DNA of 64,000 nt. It comes from an uncultured Rhizobium sp. (lineage in GTDB: Bacteria > Pseudomonadota > Alphaproteobacteria > Micropepsales > Micropepsaceae). The DNA is taken from positions 12,310 through 76,309 of the forward strand of contig CAZOJG010000012.1 of the NCBI GenBank assembly GCA_964580115.1. The letters run 5' to 3'. The position numbers and the translations under genes are program-made. The notes under the pieces are model-generated. The model did no database searches. It was given only the letters and a program-made list of their open reading frames with translations, and was not told where the DNA came from. Below are positions 11,094 to 20,733 of the stretch, piece after piece. Numbering within the stretch: position 1 is the stretch's first letter; each line of letters opens with the position of its first letter.

Positions 11094-11226
11094 GCGGTCG
11101 TCCTGTCAAATGTACATCCTCATGGGAGATAAGATCATCAAGGCACGCCCAGCCGCCATTATCGGCTAATCCGTATACTGTGCAATAAATTTATCTGCGG
11201 AAGCTATGACCATAAAACAACACATC

Positions 11227-11589
11227 TCATCTAACCGCTTTCCAGGCAGCAGTCGCAATAAGAGCCCATCCCACCAAAAAAGCCAATCCGCCAAAGGGGG
11301 TAACCATGCCCAGCCCCTTCATGCCGGTCAGGGCGAGTGCATAGAGCGATCCTGAAAACAAAATGATACCGGCAAGAAAAAATCCCCCCGCCGCATGGGC
11401 CATCGTATCTTTCAAGGCAATCGCGGCAATGCCCATCGCCAATGCATGATATATCTGGTACCGCGCGGCGGTCTCAAACACGCCCAAAGCATAGCTATCC
11501 AATCGCCCCTGCAAACCATGCGCGCCAAAAGCGCCTGCTGTAACCGCGATGAAACCGTTCAAAGCAGCAATAAATAGCCAGATCTTCAT
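11227..11589 (-). CDS. DUF423 (YgdD/TMEM256-like) small membrane protein
   Basis: 120 aa with 4 TM segments and the motifs GAFGAHG and YQ.YHALA. It has an ATGA overlap with the upstream M20 gene. Confidence 0.8.
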   Translation of the reverse strand: MKIWLFIAALNGFIAVTAGAFGAHGLQGRLDSYALGVFETAARYQIYHALAMGIAAIALKDTMAHAAGGFFLAGIILFSGSLYALALTGMKGLGMVTPFGGLAFLVGWALIATAAWKAVR

Positions 11590-12878
11590 GCGCAGCCACA
11601 GCCTCCACTATGTCCATGCCCCTTATGATCAGGGCCAATATGTGTCTGCGGGCCAGCCCGATGCGCCAACATTTTCGCCAACGCTTTTTGTGAAAGCTCC
11701 GATGTCGCCTGAAAATCCGCTTTCACCGTTTGTAACAATTGCCTGTCACACATTAAATCAAGTGCCGTACAGGCCAAAGATTTAGCACCATCCAGCACAG
11801 CCTTGTCGCCATCCTCTGATGCAGCCCAATGAGCAAATTCAGGATTATGAATAATCACATGCGGCGGTGCCACCGCCAGCATGGGATGAATAGACGCCAC
11901 GCGATGACTGACATTTCCCATATCCGTCGAACCTGCAAATCCAGCAGGAATATCCGTCAATGGAAAAAACACCCGCCCCAAAGCCTGTGCGTTATTCTTA
12001 TAGGATTCCGCCAATGGCCAATTGGTTTTCATATCCAGATAATCTGTAATACCCCAGCGAATATCCGCCCGGCACCCGGTGGCCAAAGCGCCAGCCTCGA
12101 AACAGGCATGTATGCGGGCTTTCAGCGGTGCCAATTGATGCGCATCCGCTGCCCGCACATAAAATCTGCAAGATGCCTGTTCCGGCACAATATTGGCCGC
12201 CAGTCCCCCATCGGTGATGATGCCGTGAATACGCTCCGATTGCTGAATATGCTGGCGCAATTGCGCAATGGACTGATAGGCGGTGACCACTGCATCCAGC
12301 GCATTCAATCCGCGATGCGGCATCGCCGCGGCATGTGCCGAACGCCCGTGAAAGGTCACTTCCACTTCCGACACGGCGATCGATGGCATAGTCGCCAAAT
12401 TCACATTGGCCGGATGCATCATCATCGCGGCATCCACTTTAGCAAAGGCCCCTTCGCCAGCCATTATTTCCTTGCCGCCAAACCGCTCCTCCGCGGGCGT
12501 GCCAAGATACCGTACCCGTCCCGGCAGGCGGCCACCCAGTTTAGAAAGCGCCAGCGCAGCGCCCAAAGCCGATGCGGCAATAATATTATGCCCGCATGCA
12601 TGGCCAATGCCCGGCAGCGCATCATATTCCGAAAGAATGGCCACGGTCGGCCCGTGTTCCTTACCAAAGTCAGCGGCATAAGCTGTCTTCAGACCAAAGG
12701 CCTCACGCTGCACCTCAATACCATGATCTTCTACCGCTGCGCTCAGCCGCGCCGCCGCCTTGAATTCCTCCAGCGCCAGTTCCGGCTCGGAATGGATAAA
12801 ATGCGAATGCCCCAGCAATTCAGCCCGCATGGCGTCAATCGCGGCACTGACATCTTTCTTTAGACCAGCAATATCCAT
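11586..12878 (-). CDS. M20-family amidohydrolase/dipeptidase with a His/Cys-rich C-terminal tail
   Basis: 430 aa. It has M20 metal-ligand contexts (GHACGHN, GTPAEE, HGRSAHAA) and a dimerisation-domain insert. The C-terminus reads ..HIGPDHKGHGHSGGCGCA. Confidence 0.88.
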   Translation of the reverse strand: MDIAGLKKDVSAAIDAMRAELLGHSHFIHSEPELALEEFKAAARLSAAVEDHGIEVQREAFGLKTAYAADFGKEHGPTVAILSEYDALPGIGHACGHNIIAASALGAALALSKLGGRLPGRVRYLGTPAEERFGGKEIMAGEGAFAKVDAAMMMHPANVNLATMPSIAVSEVEVTFHGRSAHAAAMPHRGLNALDAVVTAYQSIAQLRQHIQQSERIHGIITDGGLAANIVPEQASCRFYVRAADAHQLAPLKARIHACFEAGALATGCRADIRWGITDYLDMKTNWPLAESYKNNAQALGRVFFPLTDIPAGFAGSTDMGNVSHRVASIHPMLAVAPPHVIIHNPEFAHWAASEDGDKAVLDGAKSLACTALDLMCDRQLLQTVKADFQATSELSQKALAKMLAHRAGPQTHIGPDHKGHGHSGGCGCA

Positions 12879-12955
12879 CGCATTTCACATCCATCTCATA
12901 GCCCATCATAGACCTGAAGCTTGCCCTTTGCGAAGCAGCCTGAAAACCATAAATT

Positions 12956-13759
12956 ATGAATATGACTCAGTCCGCCACCCATTCCATCCGCTCCGCCGAT
13001 GGCACACATATCGCCTATGATCATATCGGCACTGGTCCAGCCATCCTCCTGATCCACGGCTTTGCTTCCTCTCGCATCCAGAACTGGAAAGACACAGGCT
13101 GGTACGACACACTGACCCGCGCCGGTTACAGCATCATCGCCATGGATTGCCGCGGTCATGGCGATAGCGACAAACCACATGATAGCGATGCCTATGATCA
13201 TGCCATCATGGCCGCCGATGCCCTCAGCGTAATCCAGCATACGGGCCAAAGCCCGCTCCATCTCATGGGCTATTCCATGGGCGGCTTCCTCGCCATGCAT
13301 CTTCTGCTACAACAGCCCGAACAGCTGAAAAAAGTCGTCCTTGCGGGCGTCGGCGGTAGCTATCTCGATGCCACACTCTATCCCGGCGATCGCATGGCCG
13401 ATCCCGCCACCCGCAATCGCATCGCCGATGCGCTGCTCACGCCAGACCCTACCACGATCAGCGATCAAACCGCCCGTGCTTTCCGTCTCTTTGCCGATCA
13501 GGGTGGTAAGGACCGGCTGGCTCTGGCCGCCTGCATGCGCGCGATGCGCCGCAATTTCACCGCGGAAGAATTATCCCGCGCCAGTCGCGAAACATTGGTG
13601 GTCTGCGGCCAGAACGATCTCATTACCGGCCCGCCCGATCCGCTGGCCGCCGCCTTCCCGCATGGCCGCGCGATCACGGTCCCGCGCCGCGATCACATGA
13701 CCACGGTGGGCGATAAAGCCTACAAGCAAGCCGTGCTCGATTTTCTGGCTTATCCGTAA
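12956..13759 (+). CDS. Alpha/beta-fold hydrolase
   Basis: 267 aa with an HG oxyanion motif (LLIHGFASS), the nucleophile elbow GYSMGG and a C-terminal His (RRDHM). Confidence 0.85.
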   Translation: MNMTQSATHSIRSADGTHIAYDHIGTGPAILLIHGFASSRIQNWKDTGWYDTLTRAGYSIIAMDCRGHGDSDKPHDSDAYDHAIMAADALSVIQHTGQSPLHLMGYSMGGFLAMHLLLQQPEQLKKVVLAGVGGSYLDATLYPGDRMADPATRNRIADALLTPDPTTISDQTARAFRLFADQGGKDRLALAACMRAMRRNFTAEELSRASRETLVVCGQNDLITGPPDPLAAAFPHGRAITVPRRDHMTTVGDKAYKQAVLDFLAYP

Positions 13760-13764
13760 AGAGC

Positions 13765-14526
13765 CTAACTGCTCTGGCGGAATAATAGGGATGACAACCA
13801 GCCCATCAAAGCTGCCATCAAAATAGCGCATAAGCCATAAGCCAGCGGCTGCTCATGGGCAAAGTTGAACAAGCGCCGCTCCAACCCCGTCTGATCCACA
13901 TAAAGCGGCGTAGATTGTGCGCTCACCACATTGCCGTTGCGTAGCAAATAAACCTGCACATTATATTGTCCGCGCGGCACAGCAGAGGGCAACGGCACCC
14001 GCGCCCGGAACAGTGTGGGGCTCAAAAATTCTACCCCCCCGGCATTTTCATCATATAAGCCTTCAATCAGCTTATGTCGTACCAAAGCCTCTCTGTAAGG
14101 CTCGGCTATTTCATCATCACGCGCCGAATGTTTGCGCGCCCGCACTTCATCAAGCCCCATCTCATAACGCGCCAAGGTCTGTGCCGAGGTAATGGCCGAA
14201 AGCGGCCGTGTACTCGAAAGAAAATAATAAGACGGAATATTCTGCATCGAAACGCCGTGATTATTCAGCCATATCCCTGCAACGCGCTCTTTCTTGCGCA
14301 CGGTCATATTGGCATCGGGGCCACGCACCACCACCACCACATCCACCGGTCCCGCCGCCGGCATCACATTCATATTCTCGATCGCCCCAAAGGCGACAAT
14401 ATCCGTACCCGTATAATTGGACGTGATCTGAATAATGTCCTGCGAAATGCCCGATACAAGGTCATCCGCCTTGGCGGGCGTCAGAAGCAATAGTCCTGCG
14501 AGGAGCGATATGGCCCAGTTTCTCAT
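13765..14526 (-). CDS. TIGR02186 / Alph_Pro_TM-like secreted protein with a C-terminal TM anchor
   Basis: It has a signal peptide (..LLLTPAKA), a soluble domain (ITSNYTGTDIVAFGAI.., VVVVRGPD.., RKKERVAGIWLN) and a single C-terminal TM helix. It overlaps the upstream TauE gene by 4 nt. The family name is recalled from memory. Confidence 0.7.
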   Translation of the reverse strand: MRNWAISLLAGLLLLTPAKADDLVSGISQDIIQITSNYTGTDIVAFGAIENMNVMPAAGPVDVVVVVRGPDANMTVRKKERVAGIWLNNHGVSMQNIPSYYFLSSTRPLSAITSAQTLARYEMGLDEVRARKHSARDDEIAEPYREALVRHKLIEGLYDENAGGVEFLSPTLFRARVPLPSAVPRGQYNVQVYLLRNGNVVSAQSTPLYVDQTGLERRLFNFAHEQPLAYGLCAILMAALMGWLSSLLFRQSS

Positions 14527-15443
14527 GGCATAGCCATCATCACACTGAACGGATCGTCGGGCGATGCTAAAAGCCCGTATAACAATCGTATCGCCACCGC
14601 CAGAACCAGCATGGCCAGCAACAGCCGCAATTGCTCGCCGCGCAGGCGTGCGCCAATACGCAGCCCGAATTGCGCGCCCACCACGCCGCCCGTGATCAGC
14701 ACAAGCGCCAAAACAATATCAACGGTAAAATTATTCACCGCATGGAATAGCGTGCTGGACGCGGTGACAAACACAATCTGCAACAGCGATGTGCCCATCA
14801 CCAGATTGGCCGGCACGCGTAAAAGATAAATCAAAGCGGGCACAAGCACGAAGCCACCGCCCACACCCATAACCGCCGATAATACGCCGACCAGAAAACC
14901 AATCGCGACAGGCGGGATCACACTGATGTAAAGCCGTGACTCCCTGAAACGCATTTTGAATGGCAGCCCATGCACCCAATTATGATGCTTGGCCCGTGCC
15001 GAAGGCGGCGGCACACCCCGGCGCGCGGCAGCCAGGGTCGCCAGAGACTCCCGCAACATCAAACTGCCAATCGTGCCGAGCAAAAGCACATAAGACAGGC
15101 TGACGATAAGTTCCATCTGGCCCATGGCGCGCAAAACGCCGAATAACCAAACGCCAAACCCCGTGCCCGCAATACCGGCGGCAATCATCACCGCGCTGAT
15201 TTTCAAATCCACGGCCCGGCTACGCCATTGTGTCAATGCCCCGGATATAGACGATGCGGTGACATGGCTCGCCGTAGTGGCCACTGCCACGCCGGACGGG
15301 ATGCCGTAAAACATCAGCAGAGGCGTCAATAAAAAGCCGCCGCCCACACCAAACATGCCAGACAAAAATCCGACTGCTCCCCCCATCGCAAGGAGCAAAA
15401 GCCAATGAACCGACATCTCGGCAATAGGAAGGTAAATTTCCAT
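14523..15443 (-). CDS. TauE/SafE-family anion exporter-like membrane protein
   Basis: 306 aa with two homologous 4-TM halves carrying GxGGG motifs (FGVGGGFLLTPLL; MGVGGGFVLVPAL). Confidence 0.88.
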   Translation of the reverse strand: MEIYLPIAEMSVHWLLLLAMGGAVGFLSGMFGVGGGFLLTPLLMFYGIPSGVAVATTASHVTASSISGALTQWRSRAVDLKISAVMIAAGIAGTGFGVWLFGVLRAMGQMELIVSLSYVLLLGTIGSLMLRESLATLAAARRGVPPPSARAKHHNWVHGLPFKMRFRESRLYISVIPPVAIGFLVGVLSAVMGVGGGFVLVPALIYLLRVPANLVMGTSLLQIVFVTASSTLFHAVNNFTVDIVLALVLITGGVVGAQFGLRIGARLRGEQLRLLLAMLVLAVAIRLLYGLLASPDDPFSVMMAMP

Positions 15444-15571
15444 TCAGCGGCGCGAAGATCAACCGATTTGCAGTGAACAAAACAATGTCATGACCAGCGC
15501 GCAGGTGCCACAAGATAAGCGCCTAAAACAGCCAAAAAAGCGGGCATAACCAGGCTACATACAGATTTGGC

Positions 15572-18217
15572 TCAGTTCTTCTGCGGTCCGGGCGATTCCG
15601 GCGGTATATTGGCTGTCCGGTTCAGCGCATCGGGCTTAAATCCATCCGCTGCAGCCTGTGCACTGTTGCGGGCTTCGGGGCTCAGTTGTGTTGCCAGCGC
15701 ATCAACCCGGGCCTTGGATTCTGTGTCGCCCTGCACCGCGGCAATGGCATACCACTTATAGGCCTCGTTCAAACTCTGCGGCACACCCAGGCCCCGCTCA
15801 TGCAGCACCGCCAGATTAAATTGCGAATCCGCCAGCCCCAATGCCGCCGCCCGCGCGAACCAGCGTGCTGCTTCGGCAAAATTCTTTGCCGTGCCTGTGC
15901 CCTCCGCATGGGCCACGGCCAGATTATGCATCGCCTTACGATTGCCCTGCCGCGCCGCCGCATCATACCACTGCACGGCCTTGGGCTGATCGCTGACCAA
16001 ACCTTGGCCACGCTCAAACATGGTGCCCAGCCGATATTGCGCCACCGGCTCACCCTGTTCCGCTGCCCGCTGTAAATAGGTAGCGGCCCGGGCCTCGTCC
16101 GCTTTCACGCCCTCGCCATCCAGATATTTCAGTCCCAGCAGCAATTGCGCTTTGGCATTGCCCCCATCGGCCAATAAGCTAAGCCGATCCGCCACAGGTT
16201 TTGGGCTTGCCGCCAATACTTGCTGCACAGCAGGTTTAGCAATCTCTGGTGTCGCACCGGGCGGCGCGGGCGTTACAGTTGTCACTGCGGCAGCCATCTT
16301 TGCGACAGGCTCAACTTTCGCCGCGACTGGTGCCGTCTGCACTTTGCCCGGTACAGATGCCGCCCCCGATTTCTGGCTGGCAAAACGCTGGCTCATCAGC
16401 ACACCGGCGACAATCGCCAGGATCGCCACCAAAGCAATGCCGCCAATCAACCAGATGCGTGAACGTGGCGCGTCTTCCATAGAAGGGGCCTCACCCTGCT
16501 TAGTGCCCCAGCTGAAACGATCCAGCGAAGAAGCCGTCTCACCTTCTACGATGCGTCGCATACCCGCAAAAATTGGATCACTTTCGTCCTGTTCGTCGAA
16601 TGCGCGCGCATTAAAACCATCCGCGGCCATCGGCGTGTCGGGGCGAAACAGCTCATCATCTTCCGGGGCCGTCACTGGCGGTGTCATATCCGGCTTATTG
16701 CCAAATGCCCGGTGAATGGCGCTGTCTGCAAACGCATCTGAAACAGCATCTTCAAATCTTGGGCCGCCCAATTTCGGCACAGCGATGTCGGGCGCGGCGC
16801 CTGCTTCAGCCTCGTCAACCACTGTGTTTGCCGCCGCCGCGTCGTCTGTACTCTGATCGTCTATACCAGCTTCAAGGGGGGCAGATGTCTTGGCAGAAAA
16901 ATCCTCAATCATTTCCAGCCGCGTCTCGGTCAGCTTGAGCGATGATCCCAAATCTGCAATCGCGGCGCGGGCGGAATTTTCATATTGATCGATCTTGCCT
17001 TCAAGGTCGCGCAAGGCCTGCTGGGTGGCCTGTGTCGCGCTGGCACCGGTCTTTTCGGCATTTTCAATGCGCGAAAAACCATCTTCCAATCGCGCCATCG
17101 CCGCGTCCGATTTTTCTTCGCTGGCCACCATACGCGATGCCAATTCGCCGACCGTATGTTCCATACGCTGTATCAAATCATCATAAGGTCCGGGCTGCTG
17201 CGTGGCCGCCAAAGCCATGGCACTGTGCTGGGCCTGCAACTGGGCTTCCAACGCCTCAAAGCGGCTCTGCACTTCATTGCGCTGCGCTGCCTGAGTCTCG
17301 CTTAAATGTTCTATTCCGCTCTGCAATTCCGCGCGCCGCGCGCCATAGCGGTTGTCTAATTCCTTAATGCTCTGCCGAAATTCATCACTTAAATCGATAT
17401 GCCGCTCGTCCATCTCGGCCAGGGCGAGTTGCAGCGAACTCTTCTCACTGGTCTGACGTCCCTCCAGCCGATGCATGGCCTCGGCAATCGCTTCGCTCTC
17501 CGCCGCGATTGATCCTTCGACCTGCGCCAATCGCGTTTCGATCTGCTCCAGCTTCTGGCGCAAAGTCGTGCTGTCCTGCGCTGCCTGATCGCGCACTTCA
17601 GTCATCTTCACCACGACAGCTTCCATCGTAGTCGCCAGTGTCGCAATTTGCGTGGCCTGTTTCGGGGCCTGGCTTTCGCGCGTGGCGCGCTCCACCTTAC
17701 CCAGCCGATCCCCCAGCGTGATCACATGGCTGCTTAACTGATCGAAAGCCTGCGCCTGTTCCCGCGTCGCCAGATTAATCTCGCCGGCAGCCTGGGTCAG
17801 CGCCAGATTGCTTTCAGTCTGGCCGCGCTCTGTGCGCTCCAGCCGGCGGCTCAAAATGCGTAAATGTTCTTCCAGCGCATTAAAGGGCGAGGCCAGGTCG
17901 TCTTCACGCATGGCATCCATCCCGGCCAATGGGCTGGTGCGGGCCAATCGTTCCTGCGCTTCGTGAAAACTTGCCATAGATCTGGAATCCTCAAATGGGC
18001 GCGCGATCAGCGCGTCGCCCGTCCGGGCTTCCTGCCCCAAATCCTGGGCTGGGGTAGCAGTGGCTATGGAATTGCCGGATATATTGACTTGGCCGCCGGA
18101 AATTTGCCGTGTCAGCCATTCGCCCACGGTTAATCCTTCGCGCCGGGCGGCAACGCGTGCAGCCTCGCGTGCCTCTGGCGGTATTCCGGCAACATTCCAC
18201 GGAAGGTCTGCCCGCAT
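15572..18217 (-). CDS. PodJ-like polar localisation factor: N-terminal domain, long coiled-coil, TM helix, periplasmic Sel1 repeats
   Basis: It has the N-terminus MRADLPWNVAGIPPEAREAARVAARREGLTVGEWL, about 400 aa of heptad-rich sequence and a single TM helix (IWLIGGIALVAILAIVAGVLM). It ends in several Sel1-type repeats (GNAKAQLLLGLKYLDGEGV.., AQYRLGTMFERGQG.., AMHNLAVAHAEGTG.., SQFNLAVLHERGLG..). I prefer the ATG at 18217 over the GTG at 18307. Confidence 0.7.
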   Translation of the reverse strand: MRADLPWNVAGIPPEAREAARVAARREGLTVGEWLTRQISGGQVNISGNSIATATPAQDLGQEARTGDALIARPFEDSRSMASFHEAQERLARTSPLAGMDAMREDDLASPFNALEEHLRILSRRLERTERGQTESNLALTQAAGEINLATREQAQAFDQLSSHVITLGDRLGKVERATRESQAPKQATQIATLATTMEAVVVKMTEVRDQAAQDSTTLRQKLEQIETRLAQVEGSIAAESEAIAEAMHRLEGRQTSEKSSLQLALAEMDERHIDLSDEFRQSIKELDNRYGARRAELQSGIEHLSETQAAQRNEVQSRFEALEAQLQAQHSAMALAATQQPGPYDDLIQRMEHTVGELASRMVASEEKSDAAMARLEDGFSRIENAEKTGASATQATQQALRDLEGKIDQYENSARAAIADLGSSLKLTETRLEMIEDFSAKTSAPLEAGIDDQSTDDAAAANTVVDEAEAGAAPDIAVPKLGGPRFEDAVSDAFADSAIHRAFGNKPDMTPPVTAPEDDELFRPDTPMAADGFNARAFDEQDESDPIFAGMRRIVEGETASSLDRFSWGTKQGEAPSMEDAPRSRIWLIGGIALVAILAIVAGVLMSQRFASQKSGAASVPGKVQTAPVAAKVEPVAKMAAAVTTVTPAPPGATPEIAKPAVQQVLAASPKPVADRLSLLADGGNAKAQLLLGLKYLDGEGVKADEARAATYLQRAAEQGEPVAQYRLGTMFERGQGLVSDQPKAVQWYDAAARQGNRKAMHNLAVAHAEGTGTAKNFAEAARWFARAAALGLADSQFNLAVLHERGLGVPQSLNEAYKWYAIAAVQGDTESKARVDALATQLSPEARNSAQAAADGFKPDALNRTANIPPESPGPQKN

Positions 18218-18276
18218 CCGACTCACAGCACTCGCACCCCTAAAGAAAGTACTGGTGCCAAGATGTTGTGTAAAGG

Positions 18277-18285
18277 TTATCCACA
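18277..18285. promoter_or_regulatory. Perfect consensus DnaA box (TTATCCACA) upstream of the PodJ-like gene
   Basis: Exact 9-mer read on the + strand, 60-68 nt upstream of the preferred ATG at 18217. Confidence 0.3.
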
Positions 18286-18333
18286 ATATCGACCAAATGT
18301 AGGACACTGCCCACAGCTATCGACGGGGATAGT

Positions 18334-18362
18334 ATTAACGAATGTCGTTAATTTCTGGTTAG
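18334..18362 (-). promoter_or_regulatory. 8-bp perfect inverted repeat overlapping a CtrA-like box
   Basis: ATTAACGA-atg-TCGTTAAT lies at 18334-18352. On the gene strand, CTAACCAGAAATTAAC (18347-18362) matches TTAA-N7-TTAAC in 8 of 9 positions. Confidence 0.3.
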
Positions 18363-18365
18363 CGA

Positions 18366-18728
18366 TTACGAAGACGCGGGTTCCACAACCCCGGCCCTAG
18401 CCAATTCCGGGTCCAGCCGCCCCATGGCCCAAAACAGGACCATCTTATAATCCGCCATCAGCGACCATAATGGGTGGGTAAATGTGGCGGGCCTGTTGCC
18501 TTCGATAAAATAATGGGCGCCCCAGGCTGGGCCATAGCCGCCAATCAGCATCAGGGCCAGAAACCACCAATTCCCCGTCAGAAAAAGGCAGATCAATCCG
18601 AGGATCGCCAGCAGACTGCCTGCATAATGGACGCGGCGCGTCGCCGCCCGGGCATGTTCACGTAAATAATGGGGCCAGAATTCTTTGAAACTGGCAAAAC
18701 GCCGTGTCCCATGATCCATCTCAGCCAT
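18366..18728 (-). CDS. DUF962 (Mpo1/YGL010w-like) membrane protein
   Basis: 120 aa: FKEFWPHYLREH...TRRVHYAGS, two TM helices, then GHYFIEGNRPATF. Confidence 0.75.
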   Translation of the reverse strand: MAEMDHGTRRFASFKEFWPHYLREHARAATRRVHYAGSLLAILGLICLFLTGNWWFLALMLIGGYGPAWGAHYFIEGNRPATFTHPLWSLMADYKMVLFWAMGRLDPELARAGVVEPASS

Positions 18729-18743
18729 GGGCCAAGTATCGAT

Positions 18744-19460
18744 CTAATTCTGCAACATGCGCAAGGCGGGCTTTTTGGTTTGCATGGCCGATTTGGCAGC
18801 CTGCGGCGTAGGCATCGCGGCCACCGTATCGCGCTTTGTATCTTCCTTCGGCGGCGGCAAGCCCAGATCCGTCGCAAAAAGCTGAGTCACATAAACCGTG
18901 TCGCCATTCACCGCACAGCCCAGCCCGGTGCGATTATAATCGGGGAAAGCCAGATTCTGTTTGTGGCTGTTACTTTTCATCCAGGTCTCGACAAAATTGC
19001 GGGCAAAGGCCTCAACATCCACACCACCTTCTTTGGTGTAATGCTGAGCGGCAATATTCACGCCCAGCATGCCCTGAAATTTCGCATCCTCATCCATCAC
19101 CAGCGATGCGGATGTCGAACCATCGGGCGCATGATCATTAAAATAGCCCTTGGCTGCCATATCAACGCTGCGCTTACGGGCAACCGTGATCAGCATCGGG
19201 TCCAGCAGCATGGTCTTCGCCTTGGGATCAAGTCTGTGCCGCTCCTCCTGAATAAGCGCGAAGACACGCTGCTCCAATGGACCCATCTGGGTTTTGGGAT
19301 CGACCACCTTCACAATGCTTGCAGCTTGCGGCGCGCGATCTTTATGCGCACAGCCCGCCGCAAGCATTCCCAGCAAAGGGATCACACATAAAATTTTGAA
19401 AAGCGGTTTTATGGGAGAATCTCTATCAAACCGGCTGCGCCCATGCCGCCGCCAATACAC
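18744..19460 (-). CDS. CAP/SCP (YkwD-like) domain lipoprotein
   Basis: It has a lipobox (LLGMLAAGC) and a CAP-domain C-terminus (..[29 protein letters not shown]). The start is uncertain because the ATG at 19460 overlaps the 3' end of the upstream thiolase gene by 52 nt. Confidence 0.75.
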   Translation of the reverse strand: MYWRRHGRSRFDRDSPIKPLFKILCVIPLLGMLAAGCAHKDRAPQAASIVKVVDPKTQMGPLEQRVFALIQEERHRLDPKAKTMLLDPMLITVARKRSVDMAAKGYFNDHAPDGSTSASLVMDEDAKFQGMLGVNIAAQHYTKEGGVDVEAFARNFVETWMKSNSHKQNLAFPDYNRTGLGCAVNGDTVYVTQLFATDLGLPPPKEDTKRDTVAAMPTPQAAKSAMQTKKPALRMLQN

Positions 19461-20632
19461 ATGGTGACAACTCCCAATTTCGCACCGCGACGACGCCCCT
19501 CCAACAAAAGATGGCCCACCATACGCGCGCCCGACATACCATAAGGATGGCCAATCGAGATCGCGCCGCCATTCACATTCAGCTTGTCTTGGGAAATGCC
19601 CAAACGATCAGCGGAATATAAAACCTGGCAGGCAAAAGCCTCGTTCAATTCCCACAGATCAATATCACTGACTTTAAGCCCGTGGCGCTCAAGCAGGCGC
19701 GGCACGGCAAATACAGGGCCAATCCCCATCTCATCGGGCTCACACCCTGCCACCGCAAAGCCACGGAAAATACCCAGCGGCTTCAGCCCCTTTTGCTCCG
19801 CAAGCTTGGCTTCCATGATCACTGAAGCCGAAGCGCCATCTGAAAACTGAGAGGCATTACCAGCCGTCACATATTGGCCTTCGCGTTGCAGCTCCATACC
19901 ATTGCCTTTGAACACCGGCTTCAGGGATTGCAAACCTTCAAGCGTCGTATCGGGGCGATTGCATTCATCGCGGTCGACAACATAATCCACCACGCTTTCC
20001 GTATTCGTGGCCTTGTCCAGCTTTTTCATTTTCGTCTGCATCGGCACGATTTCATCGGCAAATTTTCCGCTGGCCTGCGCCGCGGCTGTACGCTGCTGAC
20101 TTTGCAGAGAATAAACATCCTGTCGCTCCCGCGACACGCCATAGCGTTCGGAAACAATTTCAGCCGTTTCAATCATCGGCATCCAAAGGCTCGGCATCAC
20201 CTGCATAAGGTGATCTTCTCTCAGGTCTTTGATATTCAGTCCCTGCATCTGCACCATGGAGATGCTCTCGACACCGCCGCCGATCGCAATGGGCGTCTCG
20301 CCTGCAATCACCTGCTGCGCCGCCGATGCAATGGCCTGCAATCCTGAAGAACAGAACCGGCTCACCGTCACGCCCGAAGTCGTCACAGGACAGCCTGCCC
20401 AGATCGCCGCATTGCGTCCGATATTCCAACCGGTCGCGCCTTCGGGATGGGCCGACCCCATGAACACGTCTTCAACCTCAGCCGGATTAATCCCCGCCCG
20501 CGCGATGGCGTGTTTCACAGCATGTCCGGCAATGGCCGCACCATGAGTCATATTGAACCCGCCGCGGACGGATTTAGCCAGACCGGTACGCGCGGTCGAA
20601 ACGATGACGGCTTGTCTCATAGTGTTCTCCAA
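19409..20632 (-). CDS. Thiolase (acetyl-CoA C-acyltransferase, FadA-like)
   Basis: 407 aa with [11 protein letters not shown] (active Cys), [18 protein letters not shown] and [11 protein letters not shown]. Confidence 0.92.
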   Translation of the reverse strand: MENTMRQAVIVSTARTGLAKSVRGGFNMTHGAAIAGHAVKHAIARAGINPAEVEDVFMGSAHPEGATGWNIGRNAAIWAGCPVTTSGVTVSRFCSSGLQAIASAAQQVIAGETPIAIGGGVESISMVQMQGLNIKDLREDHLMQVMPSLWMPMIETAEIVSERYGVSRERQDVYSLQSQQRTAAAQASGKFADEIVPMQTKMKKLDKATNTESVVDYVVDRDECNRPDTTLEGLQSLKPVFKGNGMELQREGQYVTAGNASQFSDGASASVIMEAKLAEQKGLKPLGIFRGFAVAGCEPDEMGIGPVFAVPRLLERHGLKVSDIDLWELNEAFACQVLYSADRLGISQDKLNVNGGAISIGHPYGMSGARMVGHLLLEGRRRGAKLGVVTMCIGGGMGAAGLIEILP

Positions 20633-20733
20633 TAAATGAACTGTTGAATATCTGTATAAATAGGCGGCGACCCTACAAAACGCCGCGCCGCACGGGAAGG
20701 GGGCCTGGGGTCACCTTATAAAATAGGGATGGC

